In this document: piece after piece, positions 1 through 13,194 of the stretch | How the letters are laid out: each line of letters starts with the position of its first letter | How positions within the stretch are numbered: position 1 is the first letter of the stretch | Notes under the pieces: generated by a model | Databases searched by the model: none | The model's input: the letters and a program-made list of their open reading frames with translations, nothing else | Told to the model about the DNA's origin: nothing | DNA from: Octopus vulgaris | Taxonomy: Eukaryota | Length of the DNA: 64,000 bases | Reading direction: 5' to 3' | NCBI GenBank assembly: GCA_951406725.2 | Contig: OX597828.1 | Coordinates: 51,770,001-51,834,000 of the forward strand | Position numbers and translations under genes: made by a program

Positions 1-284
1 GAGAAGAGAGGAAGGCGATTAGGAGTGAGAGGTAAAGGCGATGGAGGATAGAAAGAGAGGAACTAAGAAAACATCACGTAGACTGAGCATCATGTGAGAA
101 AAAGAAAACTATGTATATTAAAAAATACTTACATTTGACGGATACTTGTCCTCATCTTGTTTGTTGTTAACACAACGTTTCGGCTCATATACACTCCATG
201 CTTTATCAGGAAATTTCGAACCTGGGTTCTCATTCCTAAGGTATTTTACGGTGTTGGTATTATTATTATTATTATTATTATTCT

Positions 285-600
285 ATGTTTGACTTTTGCT
301 TTATATTTGTACAAGTTGGCTCCAAGTCTCACCCAGAGACCTCAAGAGACAACAGGGTTGGAAGTTCATGTTGTTGTTATGCGTAGTGTTCCATATATTT
401 GGGGGGTGGGGATGTTGTACTAATGAATGTCTAAAAAAAAAAGGGTTTTTTTTTTTTAAACCGAAAATTATGTTTGTTTTAAACCTTGAGATTACATAGA
501 GAGTATTTTGCGTAGGATACGAGCAGTTCCCATGAGCACTATCTTTTGAACTTCTGCCATTTTTGGGTTTCCTGGTATCTGAGTTAGGTAGCTTATTATC
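285..600 (-). mobile_element. 3' end of an R4/Dong-clade (RLE) non-LTR retrotransposon
   Basis: Peptide YLTQIPGNPKMAEVQKIVLMGTARILRKILSM* (stop at 492) matches the typical R4/Dong C-terminus. It is followed by a 3' UTR and flanked by (TAA)n on both sides. Confidence 0.75.
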
Positions 601-604
601 CTTA

Positions 605-665
<61 letters not shown>

Positions 666-718
666 TATTATTATTATCATTATTATTATTATTATCATTA
701 TCCTTATTATTATTATTA

Positions 719-771
<53 letters not shown>
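596..771. repeat. (ATT/ATC)n microsatellite
   Basis: Directly visible trinucleotide tract. Confidence 0.95.
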
Positions 772-775
<4 letters not shown>

Positions 776-1429
776 TCACTGCATGGAATCGAACTCTGAA
801 TCTTTGTGGTAGTAGCCCGCGCTCTTAAACACTTCGCCATATGCACATGTGCATATGGCGTATTATATAATGTTATATAGTATAATACTATAATTTTATA
901 GTATTTTATAATATATTATGATAAAGTATTATATAATATAGTATAACATATTATTATATAATATTAAATCATTATATAATGTTATAATATTAAAATAGTA
1001 TTTTGTGTGCAATGTCATACACGGTGTATTTGTAATACAGTAAATGTTTGAAGTTTTAAATCGATTCTGTTAGAACAGTGAACCAGCTGTCTTGCACTCG
1101 ATGTTCTGTCTCTTTATATCTACACGCAACTCACACAAATGGCCTCTTCGGTGATTGACTTCACCCAATAACTGGTTCAACACCATCTGCAGGTTTCTTG
1201 AGAAACTTTCACGAAGTCTACTCTGTTGCAAATATTGAAACCAAGTTTGAAGCTAGGAGAAGTTATCCTCAAACCAAAGTGTACACATAATCGGCACTGC
1301 ATTCCCACGTGATAAAAAAATAATGAAATGAAAAATAGCAAAAGAAAAAAAAACCTTTTTGCTTTCCATTTTGATCATTCCGTTTTATTAAAGGTGTTCT
1401 GAACATTTTGCCGAATGTGAAACTGTCCT

Positions 1430-1725
1430 GCCACTAATCTTATAATCACTGTAAATCCGCTCAGTGCTTCCTACTGCTACTATAGACACTTCTGTTACTC
1501 CAAACTGACTGATTTGCTACTAAATCCATTATTTTCATCCCTCTCACTCGTACGTCCTCGTCCATTTACACTTATTATGTTCACACATGGAGGGCCCCAT
1601 ATTGACTGCAACACCTTAACCTTTCTTATCATGTAAGTGCTTTGGTAATCTGTCTGATCCTCTATTTCTTGCACACGTTTGTATCCTACTGTTTAAGATT
1701 AACCTTAGCCATGTCGATCTCAATA
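1430..1725 (+). mobile_element. highly decayed 3' end of a CR1/L2-group LINE
   Basis: Broken frames resemble the C-terminal motifs of invertebrate CR1/L2-group ORF2 (FYxYYxxHxS ... LWxxL ... LFK). Many stops. Confidence 0.3.
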
Positions 1726-2997
1726 TCCATATGAGTATTAAAACGAACACTGGTATAAATTATGTTTCAAAAGTTAACTTACGTGAACATGATACGCTTC
1801 TGCATAAAGATAAAATAACATTTTATATATTTTCTTCCTTTTGCTGAAGATACATTTTCAAGTCTAATGTAAAATCTTGACAGGACAGTGCTCATGACCT
1901 ATGACCTTTGACCCCTGACGTTATGCCAATCATGTTTCGTTTAAACTGTAGGAAAGACATAAGGTTCGGAAAGTTTCTGGAGGGCTCATATTCCATGGAA
2001 GGAGGTCTGAGCATAAGGGTTATTCTAGGGACATGTATTTCGGAAAAACGTGACGAGCAGTGAAGTGATAAGGGTGTTGAATAATGGAGCTATGAGAGCA
2101 GTTAATCAGTGGCTATTATAAATGTTCATGTCATCTGTTAAACATAAATGCTTGGTCACAATTTCAACACTGGTTTTCAAAAATAAATATACGGCTCCTA
2201 TTTATGTTCCTGGTATTTCTTTTTGTCCTTCATTTACTTGCTCTTCGCTTCAGTTAATAGCGACAAATTTTCTGACCGAAAGAGAAAAATCAGTTCCATG
2301 TTTAACTTGAGTGTTAAAGTAGCGTAAAGAGGTGATAGACATTTTCTTCCCTTTGTTGAAGATGCATTTTCAAGTCATATGTAAAAATTTCAAAATTATA
2401 AATCCATAATATCAAATACATATACAGCACGTTTGCTGAAAGGGATGACAAATTAAGAGAAAATAATTCGTTTTTATTGAAGATATATTTTCGTGTCATA
2501 GATGAATTTCGGTGTTGAATGTCAAGATTCGTTATTAATTCAAAGCTTAAAACTGACATTCCAAACTGGAACTAAGAAATTTGAGACCGAAAATTTAATT
2601 CTGTTTCAAGTGATTTGGAAAAGGCAATTTCAAAAAAAGACGGAGAAACTTTATCTCAGCTAAAGTGGTCCCTCCATTTCCACACAGCGGGGTAACTTAT
2701 AATTGGTGTTACGGATTGCTATTCTCGCTCATAATTTAAATATATTTGTATAACAAGAAGAGAGGAGAGCCACATGTAGGCAGAACATTATTGTCATCAC
2801 TCATTTTGTCATTCCTTTCAACACGTGGTCACTATATAATTGATAGTCGAGAAATCGGTTGAACATATAATTGGTATTTATGGTTAGTAATAACACATAA
2901 TGAACACCAATTACAGGTGATTACACCAGGCGTGTAACTGTTGGACTACAGGGAAGTAGACTGATATCGAGAGACAGTCAGACAAAGTGGTAGAGTT

Positions 2998-3193
2998 TTA
3001 GATAGACAGATAGTGACAGGTAGATAGATAGGTAGTTGGGTATGTAGATAGATAGATAGATAAGGAGACAGACAGATAGATAAAGAAATAAATGAATAGA
3101 TAGATAGGTAAATACATAGACAGACAAGCAGACAGACAGATAGGCAGACAGACAGACAGACAGACAGAAGGGCAGACAGACAGACAGACAGAC

Positions 3194-3273
<80 letters not shown>
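2998..3273. repeat. (GATA/GACA)n microsatellite
   Basis: Directly visible. It abuts the 3' end of the Tx1-like LINE. Confidence 0.95.
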
Positions 3274-3275
<2 letters not shown>

Positions 3276-3756
3276 GTTTCTTTATTAGCCACACAGGGCT
3301 GCACACAGATGGGACAATTTTGGGGATGAAAAAAAAAAGTGGTGTAGGTTTTCGATCAAAAGGGATCGTAAAGGAAAAAAAGAAAGGAAAAAATGAAAAA
3401 AAAGGAAAAGAAACAAAAGAAAAGAAAAAAGAAAGAAGAAAAATAAAGGAAAAAAGGGGAAAAGATAAAAAAACGATCAATAGGGATCGTGTATCACAGT
3501 GTCATGATGTACGGTGTAAAGGGGGAAGCAGATAAGATTTATCCGTGGGAAGAAAAGCCTACGAAAAAGACCACGGTAACCTCGGTCAAAATTGTTACAT
3601 GTTACCACGTTTGTTTGCAAGTGGGTAACCCTCTGTTTTCAATTTCTGGGTTCATAGGATTATGCTCAAGGTGGCTTCGTCATTCATACGTGCCATCCTT
3701 GCTACATTCACCCATCTTTTTTTAAAACATTCGCTAGACAAAACTTGCCTCTCTAC

Positions 3757-4883
3757 TCACACTTTCCTTTTCAAGTGATACTTGAAAAAGTTGATGAGAG
3801 ATTGACCAGAGAGGAAAGTGTTTGTCTCCAATCCTTTCAGACGCGTCAACCAGATACATTCTTTCGCCATAGCCACAAGGATGATAAAAATAGCTCTTCC
3901 TTCCCGTTTGAAGGAAGGAGGCGTGACAATATTGACGATAGACTCAGCTGATAAACCGACTCGTCCCACACGTGACAGCAGTTGTTCGACATAAGCCCAC
4001 AGGTCGGAAATTGTTGGACACTGCACGAGTGCGTGCAGAACGGTTTCGTCGCTCTGACCGCATCTAACGCAGGTCGGCCCCGTGTTTCTCGAGCCCTGTC
4101 TATAGAGCTTATCCCAAACGGGTAGCGCTTCTCGGCAGCACTGCCAAGCCAGGGATCTCTGGATGTTGTCCATGGGCCCTGGTCCGAATGTCGTCTCGAA
4201 CAGGCGGGTCAGGTATTCCTCGTTGACCTCCAGGTTCGCCCCGAGCTCGTCGTCGTACCTTCCCTCCACTAATCCCCTATAGAATGCTTGGGTTGTGTTG
4301 GAGTCACTCAAGGTCGACCCGGGACGGCAGAGTTGCTTGAGAGCAACGCGACACTCGCGGTGCCATTCGCCCTTCTCGGCCTCTTTTTGATCCACGACTG
4401 CAGTTCGGTCATGGAGACGAGTTGCGGGAAAGCGTGCCTCACAAACGGCGACTACACCTGTTCACCGTCGTCTACGTAGAGTTTGAGGTGTCGCAATCTC
4501 AGCGCGTATCTGCGCATCATCAACCACGGAAAGGCCAGTTCTCTTTTTAACGGTGTTCACAGCAAATGGATCGCCTTACCATCGGAACGAATCCTTTCCA
4601 CAAGAAGCGAAAGAGAATGCGTTCTAGTTTGGTGATGGTAGGGTCGGGACAAGGCACGACGGTCAGGCGGTAGTAGATGACGGACGCGATGTACGAGTTC
4701 ACCACCTCCACCCGACCTTTTAGGGACAGTTGCCTCTCGGCCCATTGCCGGGCGAGAGAGACCATCCTACTCGTTATCTCGTTCCAGTTCTTCTCCATTT
4801 GGAGATCCGGACCAAACCAGACCCCGAGCAAGTCGACCGGACCCTCAGTCCAGCGTCCCACGACGGAGGTACTGGTGGACGGC
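3757..4883 (-). pseudogene. Tx1-like ORF2 C-terminal region (post-RT and zf-RVT zinc knuckle), frameshifted
   Basis: LLGVWFG...W..RQLSLKGRVEVVNSYIAS...FRFLW and CVRCGQSDETVLHALVQC, typical of L1/Tx1 ORF2. Confidence 0.85.
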
Positions 4884-4899
4884 TAGGCTCATCATTCCG

Positions 4900-5629
<730 letters not shown>

Positions 5630-6037
5630 CGGATATGAACAAAGTGGCAAATATAGATATAGATAAGAAATCTTATGCAACCCAAGGCTGAATTTTGGTA
5701 GTGGCTGGTTCAGTGTTAGGAAAGTCTCGTAATTCTAAGCCATATTGCAATAATGGATCAACGCTTGACCTTATAGTATTGACTGACGTCCTAACAATGT
5801 CTTTATTGTTGCTATGATAGAGCCTTGGGAAAACAATTATGAAGATTTAGGGATCATGTGGGCTGGGAAGTAAATGGCATATATTATTGTATATATCTAG
5901 CCTTGAATTTTAAGCACACAATAGTAGCGACTCGGTAAATGAATGTAAATTCAACAAATGTTAAATCATGTTTATGCAAGAGGTATGTGATAGAAATACA
6001 AAAGCTGAGAGCAAAGACGAAATCCTCAGCTAATTCT

Positions 6038-6337
6038 GAGACCCACTTCGGTCACGACACAGACCATGGGATTGCACCTAGAAAGTCACCCTCCCAGGCA
6101 CAAGTCCGGGCAAGGTTGTTTATAGAAGACCAGCAGTCGCCAATGCATACCGGCCTGCCCTCTCCACGCCACCAGTATTATCCAAGGGAAAGGCAACTCA
6201 TTTCTACAGCTGATTGAACTGGAGCAACGTGAAATAAAGTGTCTTGCTCAAGAACACAGCACGTAGCCCGGTCCGGAATTCGAGCTCACAACCTCACGAT
6301 CGTAAGCTCGACGCTCTAACCACTGAGCCATGCGCCT
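6038..6337 (-). mobile_element. tRNA-derived CORE-type SINE
   Basis: aggcgcaTGGCTCAGTGGttagagcg...gagctcgaattcc (A/B boxes), then tgtgttcttgagcaagacactttattt resembling the CORE domain. Confidence 0.8.
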
Positions 6338-6399
6338 CAGCTAGTAATATACGCAATAATTTGTACATTGTTGAGATTAAAACAACATTTGATCTATTG

Positions 6400-6830
6400 T
6401 AATATTGCCAAGATATCGGAGAAAGAGAATGTATCACAGTGTCAACTCAAAAGCCCAGGATATTTCCTGGTAGCTTTAACGCTGTTCGGTAACGTTAGAG
6501 AGATCGATACTTTCGGAAATATGCGCTATCACCTGTCTACAACTAACGATTTGAATTTCCCGCAGTGCATATTTTGGTTCAATCCATATATTTGTCGTGT
6601 CTTTCAGCTATGTTTTTCGGTACTTGTTATTATTGATACACCGTCACTGTATGGAGCTTATTATCTCTCCAAACATGGTGAGTTACATGAACTCACACAC
6701 TAACGAAAAATGTGAACCAATATTGTTTCCTTGTGCGACATACGTCACTAATCTATATGTACATTCTATATTTCATTCAATAATCAAAATTCCCGATGGA
6801 AACCTATGACTGAAACTCATCCTTCGCATA
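6400..6830 (+). mobile_element. decayed Penelope-like element, RT-endonuclease linker
   Basis: IFWFNPY resembles the PLE IxWFNPPY motif. The frame is broken afterwards. Confidence 0.3.
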
Positions 6831-9212
6831 AAGAACACGTATTTTTGATGCCACACACATGAATTCACTCTTCTTTTTCTGTAATCGATCCTAAACCATC
6901 GTACGACATCTATATTACAATATCTCTCTCACAGAAACTGAGAAAGAATAGACACTGAAGAGAGAAAGAAGTTGTATTTGCATAATTTTACAATATATTT
7001 AAAATTTGGAAGCTAATCGAATATTAGAAATACATAGAGGATTTCCAGTACATATTTGAGGCGTGTCTACTGCTAGCAGGGACAGTCAGCATACAAATAA
7101 CGGTTTCCAGTTGAATTAACTGCATTAAAGTAAAAGTGGTTAAGACAGAGTGTATGAAGTAGTGAGCAGATTAAGCGGAGAGGCAATGAAGAATGAACCA
7201 CCTGTGACTCTTTCTAAAGTCAACATCCTCAGTAATTTCATTGCACAATCTTTTTGGTTCTTCCACTAGAGAAGACGAATAGTATTTTCTAAGCGTATGC
7301 AAAATTGCTGCCTGTGTTCTTGATCGACACATAATTTTACCAATTCTCTTCCCTCACAACAGACACACCCTTCATAATCTCTTCACGTATTTCGCTCACT
7401 TCTGCATACGCCTCTCCTAATCACTGGTATTTCAATGCAGCTATCTGATCAGAGAGCCACTACTTCTAAGGTGGGTATCACTGCTAGCAGCGGGTTGAGC
7501 GTTACCTACATATCTCGACCCTCTCTACTTCTTATATGCATTTAGCTTTCAACGTTCAATTGTTGTGTCGAAATATATGTGATCACAATTGTTCACCATC
7601 TTCAGTGATCATTATTCTTTCTCAGTTCCTGACTGAACGATTTTTCTACAGCCAAATGTTTTGGTTGTGTCTGATAAGAGAATCTGCAAGTTATTTATCT
7701 AAATACGTGTTGCAGAAATTACTTCCCCAGCAGGGAATCAGAAGTTAATTGTCAGAGAATTCCATTGCAGTGGGCATTCAATCAATGTAGGCAACGAAAA
7801 TTCTCTACTGTAGCTCATACTATTTTCTACAACATATTTTTAATCACGCACCTTTATAAACAACATTTCCAGTTTGTAATAAGCATTTTAAACACTTTGG
7901 CGCTGTCAGTCTCATCGAATATAACAGCATGTGCAAAATTATAATCGTAATCCATGCCCAGGAAATATGCTCCATAGGTGGTAGATATAACAATGGCTGA
8001 TTATCCGCAATCATATTGGATTTTCTATACTTTTTAATATCGCCTGCATTTCCCCACAAGCGAGTTACATAATTCCATTCCACAGCTAATTTACTTCATG
8101 AAAGTAATTCTCATTGCTTTTGCCAAAGGCGGAATACGTTATATCTTATTTATCTAATTTTATTAAAGAAATCATTTACTTAAAACACTTTTTTCTCAAT
8201 TAGAATTCTTAGAATCCGAACATATTTACCGGTGTAAATCATCGTCATCAAACTTAAGAAAACTTCAGTTTCCTATCACAAATAGCATTTGACTAATTTT
8301 ATTCCGCCTCTTTTAACATGTCATATCTAATTCCTATAAACTGTCCACGCAAAGTGTTTCTGAATTGTAGATTTCATTGAATTATTTCTCATTTTATTGA
8401 TAAAATCAAAATTCTGTACAGTACCTTCATTCAATATAGTATGCTATCTTTTCCTCTTCTGCTCTCCTGCCTTAAAAATAATATGAGGTGAATTGTCTAG
8501 AATGTCGGAGTTTCTTAATTTTCAAATTATTTTGTTTTCGATATCTATTATCTTAAATTATGTTTCTCTGATCAGCCAAGCGGTAATCTTAAAAACAAGA
8601 AATTTTTTTAATCGTAAACATTAACCGATTATTCCCAAGTGTATTATACACCAGAGTATTGCTGTTGTCTCGACAGATTAGTGACTACACTCTTAGGAAA
8701 TTTAACTTTCAAACACAAACACCTATGCAACTGATAGGCAAACGTTCTCTTGACAACTTAGTATGATCACTTGTGTACACCAAAATTTTCTACTCCATTG
8801 CAACCACTAGACATATACTTTACTCGGACTTGTTACGTGGAGTAACGAGTATATCTCCTCTCACGTCACTCAAGTCTTAATACAGCTGTTTTGAGTTTAC
8901 CTGAAGATCCTCCGCTGCCATTTTACAATCTACATAGATATGTGATGGTCTTTGTTACTATTTCTTAGATATACATCTCGGGCAAGAAGATCCAGTTTCA
9001 CTTGCCAGGGTTCTGTTCTGCCATAGTATTTGCAGTTGCGCTAGTGTCATGCTTTTCGCGTTGGAAAAGTGCCATTCTCAAAGATTCAATGATGATTTCT
9101 TTCTATATGTCTATTCCTGGGATGCGTGCAATCATCATCGTGATTGTGGTTGTCGCTCCTACTAATAATGTCGCCCACCTTTTATATAATAATCCTATTA
9201 ATGTGTATAGTG

Positions 9213-9262
9213 AAGGCGCGTGGCTTAGTGGTTAGGGCATTCGGCTGACAAATTTAAAGTCG
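9213..9262 (+). mobile_element. truncated tRNA-derived SINE head
   Basis: aggcgcgTGGCTTAGTGGttagggcattcggct, similar to the head at 6337. Confidence 0.5.
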
Positions 9263-10388
9263 TGGATAAAATTATGTAGCTGGCTGGCAGAGGAAAATCT
9301 TAGAGGTATTAAAAAGTTAAGTTGTAGGCTGCATCATTGAGATTATATGAGAAGGACTGCTATCAACATTGAAAAACTTTAACAGACACTATGGAGGAAC
9401 ATCTCATCATAATCATCATAATTTCTGCCGGTAATAAAGTTATTCTGTCATTATAAAAATCGAGATGAACTTTACTTGTGAGTAGTTTTGTTTGTGGATG
9501 ATGTTGCGGAAAGAATATATGTTTGAATTATTATTATTTTTTTTAATACTATTGATTCATAATTCAACTATATCGAAGCATTAGCAGAGAAAGATTATCC
9601 ATAGGACTTACACTTTGAATTTTGAGTTGTGAAATAATAAAGTACAGCTAAATCTTCTATCCGGTACACAACTGTTTATAATAAACAACAGCATTAGTTA
9701 AATGGCCAACTACCATTAAGTTTGAAATCATTGTGAGTTTATAAATAAAACACTAATATAGGCAGAATACCTAGATTTTGGTGGAGTGGAATAGTCGATG
9801 ACAACGACTCCAGTGGTAAACATTTCTTTCATCGACTCTGATAGACGATCTGGTTGGGAATTTGAAATTTAAAAAATATATTAGATAGAAACCATCGTAA
9901 GAATTCATTAAACCATTGGTTATATATGAATAGAAGATAAAGGACAGGTTCTCAGTTGGTGAAAAAATAGTGAAACAAAGTGATGTTTCAATAATATGTT
10001 TAATGGCGGGTTAGTAATACATCATGCAATATTTGTTTTGATTAAAATATGTTCTTTAGATTTTACATTATGAAAGATAACAATGTCCACTAAAGGGTGT
10101 TTGTATTGATTCACGTGCAGGAACGTGTAGACGTGCCAGATATCCATTTTCCATGAATCAAAAATCTTTACCGAACCTCATCATATCTTTCCAACAATCA
10201 TCGTTCATTAATAAGATTGTTTTCATTATGGGCATAATTATAAACGTTACTCCTTTTACTGTGATAATTATGATTCATAATACCATTTAATTATCAGTCG
10301 AGGAAATTAGACGAAACATTCGTATACATACCCTCTAATTTCGTTATGTATCTGAACATGTTTCGCAATTACGTGTATCTATGAATAA

Positions 10389-10419
<31 letters not shown>

Positions 10420-10597
10420 TGCATGTATGTATGTATGTATGTATGTACATCATTGTTAAGTTTAATTTCAAGATTTCTCGCCAATAGAGAAATAACCGGT
10501 TTCTAACCTAGACTCAAGGCTACTTCATTAGAAATTCAACCACATCAACCGGGTAGTTTTGTATGTATGTATGTATGTATGTATGTATGTATGTATG

Positions 10598-10628
<31 letters not shown>

Positions 10629-10632
10629 GTAA

Positions 10633-10830
10633 AGTTAATCCAAACATGAAAACACAAAGAGAAAACACAACAACGCGAGGACATGGAACAAGTATAGTGT
10701 TATTGGACGCTCAGGAAAGGAAAGAAAGAAGGAGGACTTCACGTTTTGAGCGGAGCTCTTCGTCAGAAACATAGGAAAAGGAATGGAAGACGCAGGAAAA
10801 AATTCGCCAACGATACACATTCGGTCACAT
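10633..10830 (-). mobile_element. Penelope-type terminal repeat, family A (hammerhead motif with GAAA->AAAA)
   Basis: Homologous to 56725-56870 and 58672-58868. Minus strand gtttCTGACGAagagctccgctcAAAAcgt. Flanked by (GTAT)n. Confidence 0.7.
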
Positions 10831-11499
10831 GTATGTATGTATGTACCTACGTTTGCAGATTTATAGATTTCGTTTTATGTATGTATTCCTGTACATATAG
10901 TTGCATGTCAAATGTGCTCATTTATACTTACATGAGAAACGTCTTGAAAGTTCTATAGATTTTTACAGTTCCAGTGATGGCTTGGATCAGTTTAGAGTTC
11001 TAATGATTGCTTGAATGAGCTTTCTAATTTCTGGCTTTGAGAATCCTAATTGCTCAAGATTGGTATTTAGGCACAATGTGTTCCATATCCCAATGTCCCA
11101 ATCTACGTATATTGCTATAAAGATTTACGCGCCTACTTGTAAAGTGGTGTACTTTTCTTTATACTTGCATATTGAAAAGCTTTTATATGTTTTCATTTAT
11201 GTGCATGGATGCACACTCCTACTTATTATCACTCAGTTATCTATGCATGTATATAGTTATATCCATCTTTCTGTCTCTCCTTCTGTCTGTCAGCCTGAAG
11301 TTAATATCCTTCCATCGCACATCTCTTTTGGTTCTTGAATGTCTTTCTGCCTATCTCTCTATTTATAGATGTGCACACACAGACACAGGGTCATGCGCGC
11401 ACACACACGTTCGCACACACACACACTGACAAACATACACACACATACACTTATACATATATATGTGTGTGAGCAGTTTGTGACACACCAAGCCTTTCA

Positions 11500-11660
11500 T
11501 TTGCTGGGTCAAATCTCATTTGAAGAGAAAAACTAACCACCACCAGCTATTCTGCGTATATATCTGTGCACACTATTCAATGCCATGTATGCCATGAGGT
11601 CGTAAATTCTAACGCAGGCCTCAAAAGACATTTTTAGATACTCAAACATCAGTACTGAAC
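11500..11660 (+). mobile_element. RTE-clade LINE 3' fragment
   Basis: QCHVCHEVVNSNAGLKRHF resembles the terminal zinc finger of RTE ORF2 (compare 45802-45880). Confidence 0.35.
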
Positions 11661-11807
11661 TGCAACTCTTGGTGGTCTAAATCAGATATGCAATCTATAT
11701 GGGTGTTTTACAACATTTACTCTGGTTTAAAAAGCCATTTCAGACGCCCTGACAAATCTAAGGTATAGGTACAGGAAGTAGCTAGACTTTGCATAAAAAG
11801 AAGCCGT

Positions 11808-12168
11808 AAGGCTACACTTCCACACACGCCAGCTTAATTTAGCTTGCCCTTTGTCGAAAGACACCTGTTGTTAATGTCTTGTAATTATGTACCATTTCTC
11901 CGTTTTGTTTTGTCCTTGTTTTCGTATACATTCGCTTGCTTTCCTCCAAAGAATCTAGTGATCTTAGTGTATATTTTCTTGGGGCCGGGCAGATTGGAGC
12001 AGTGTCGAGTGTAAACTGCCGAAACTGCAACGAATATCTGGAACTCGACTGATGACAGAAAGTTCTGAATGACTTGTCCCTGTTTTTTCCTGTCGTTTCT
12101 TGGATAGTCTAACTGTCCGGGTCCTTTTTGTCGCTCGTTACGTTCTTATTCCATTGTTTGCCCTGTTT
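11808..12168 (+). repeat. ~360-bp interspersed repeat, copy 1 (probably Penelope-associated)
   Basis: Colinear with 13195-13560 (cacttccacaca, gtcgaaaga, ttttcgtataca, cagattggagcagtgtcgagtgtaa, tctggaactc). Confidence 0.75.
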
Positions 12169-12171
12169 TAC

Positions 12172-12790
12172 AGAAATTCAAGATAAAATCTAATTTTATT
12201 TGTGCCTCTGAAAACATAATTTATGTCATAAGATGCTTGGGCTGCCACGAAACCTACGTGGGGTCCACGGGACTATCACTCAGACGTAGATGCACACTGC
12301 ATCGACAACAGTTTGCATTCCCAGAATACAGAATGATACCCTTTAGTGAGCACATTGAGAAATGTGCAAAGCAACTACTACCACAATTTTTAATCTTTCC
12401 ATTCTACCAATGTGCTATCGGAACACCAATATGAATTAGACTAAACAAGGAAACATTCTTCATTGAAAAATACAAGCCCAAACTTAACCATTCCAACATT
12501 CTTATACAGAGAAACTCACTCCAAAAAAGGCAAAAAATATTAAGCGATTATCTCCCTTACACCGGAAGAAATCACTTATTACCTCCCCTTATCTTGAACT
12601 CTTTCTTCACACTTCTCAACGTAAACATAACGATGTAAGAAACTTGAAAAGCTGAACGCGAAACCGGTCATTTCTTCAAAAACTATGTCATTGTATGAAA
12701 AAAATTTATAACATTCTCCAGACATATTGACTCAAATATATATTTTTTAACCTTTTAAAACACGCCTTCTGTAGTGTTTTCACTTTTTAC

Positions 12791-12795
<5 letters not shown>
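12172..12795 (+). mobile_element. Penelope-like element 3' end: GIY-YIG endonuclease remnant plus terminal repeat
   Basis: FICASENIIYVIRCLGCHETYVGSTGLSLRRRCTLHRQQ...E..FIEKYKPKLN with one internal stop. Downstream hammerhead-like motif aagaaa...gcGAAAccggTCatttctt at 12637-12676. Confidence 0.85.
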
Positions 12796-12858
<63 letters not shown>

Positions 12859-13194
12859 CGGCCTACATGCACTTGTGTTCACCTGTAGGTAAGTATATAT
12901 CTAAATTCTGTACGACTCTACACACTATCTTCGCTCTTTCCACTTTTCTTTTTCACGCTCCCCCTCTCTCACATTTCTTGGTCTTTCCTTCATTCTCGTC
13001 ACTTTGTTCTCTCCTCTTTTACCTCACTCTGTCCCTTTCCTTTTTTTACTCCCTTTCTCCGCGCTAATTCTTCAATGCCTCTGCCTCTACCTCTCTCCTC
13101 TCCTTCCACTGGCTGGCTTTCTTGGTTCGACTACCATCCATGTAGAATCTCTTATATTACGTATCATGACTTTCATCTCTTATGTTCCTGCCAT

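Larger units (their letters stand above)
130..860 (-). mobile_element. tRNA-headed SINE-like element with internal (AAT)n and a Penelope-like 3' part, interrupted by an R4/Dong fragment
   Basis: Minus strand 845->771 reads tggcgaagtgtttaagagcgcgggc...gagttcgattcc (A and B boxes), then (AAT)n. The distal part 212->170 reads cctgataaag...gccgaaacgttgt (decayed hammerhead-like core). A perfect 26-bp palindrome lies at 835-860. Confidence 0.55.

Noticed and set aside
301-846. Poly-Asn, poly-Ile and poly-Leu ORFs
   Set aside because: Translations of the (ATT)n tract. The same applies at 61549-61993, 62544-62871 and 63219-63659.
2776-2950. Solo LTR bounded by TGTAG...CTACA
   Set aside because: No target-site duplication and no second copy in the window.
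7300-9100. Possible decayed LINE endonuclease region on minus
   Set aside because: No motif clear enough to support a call.
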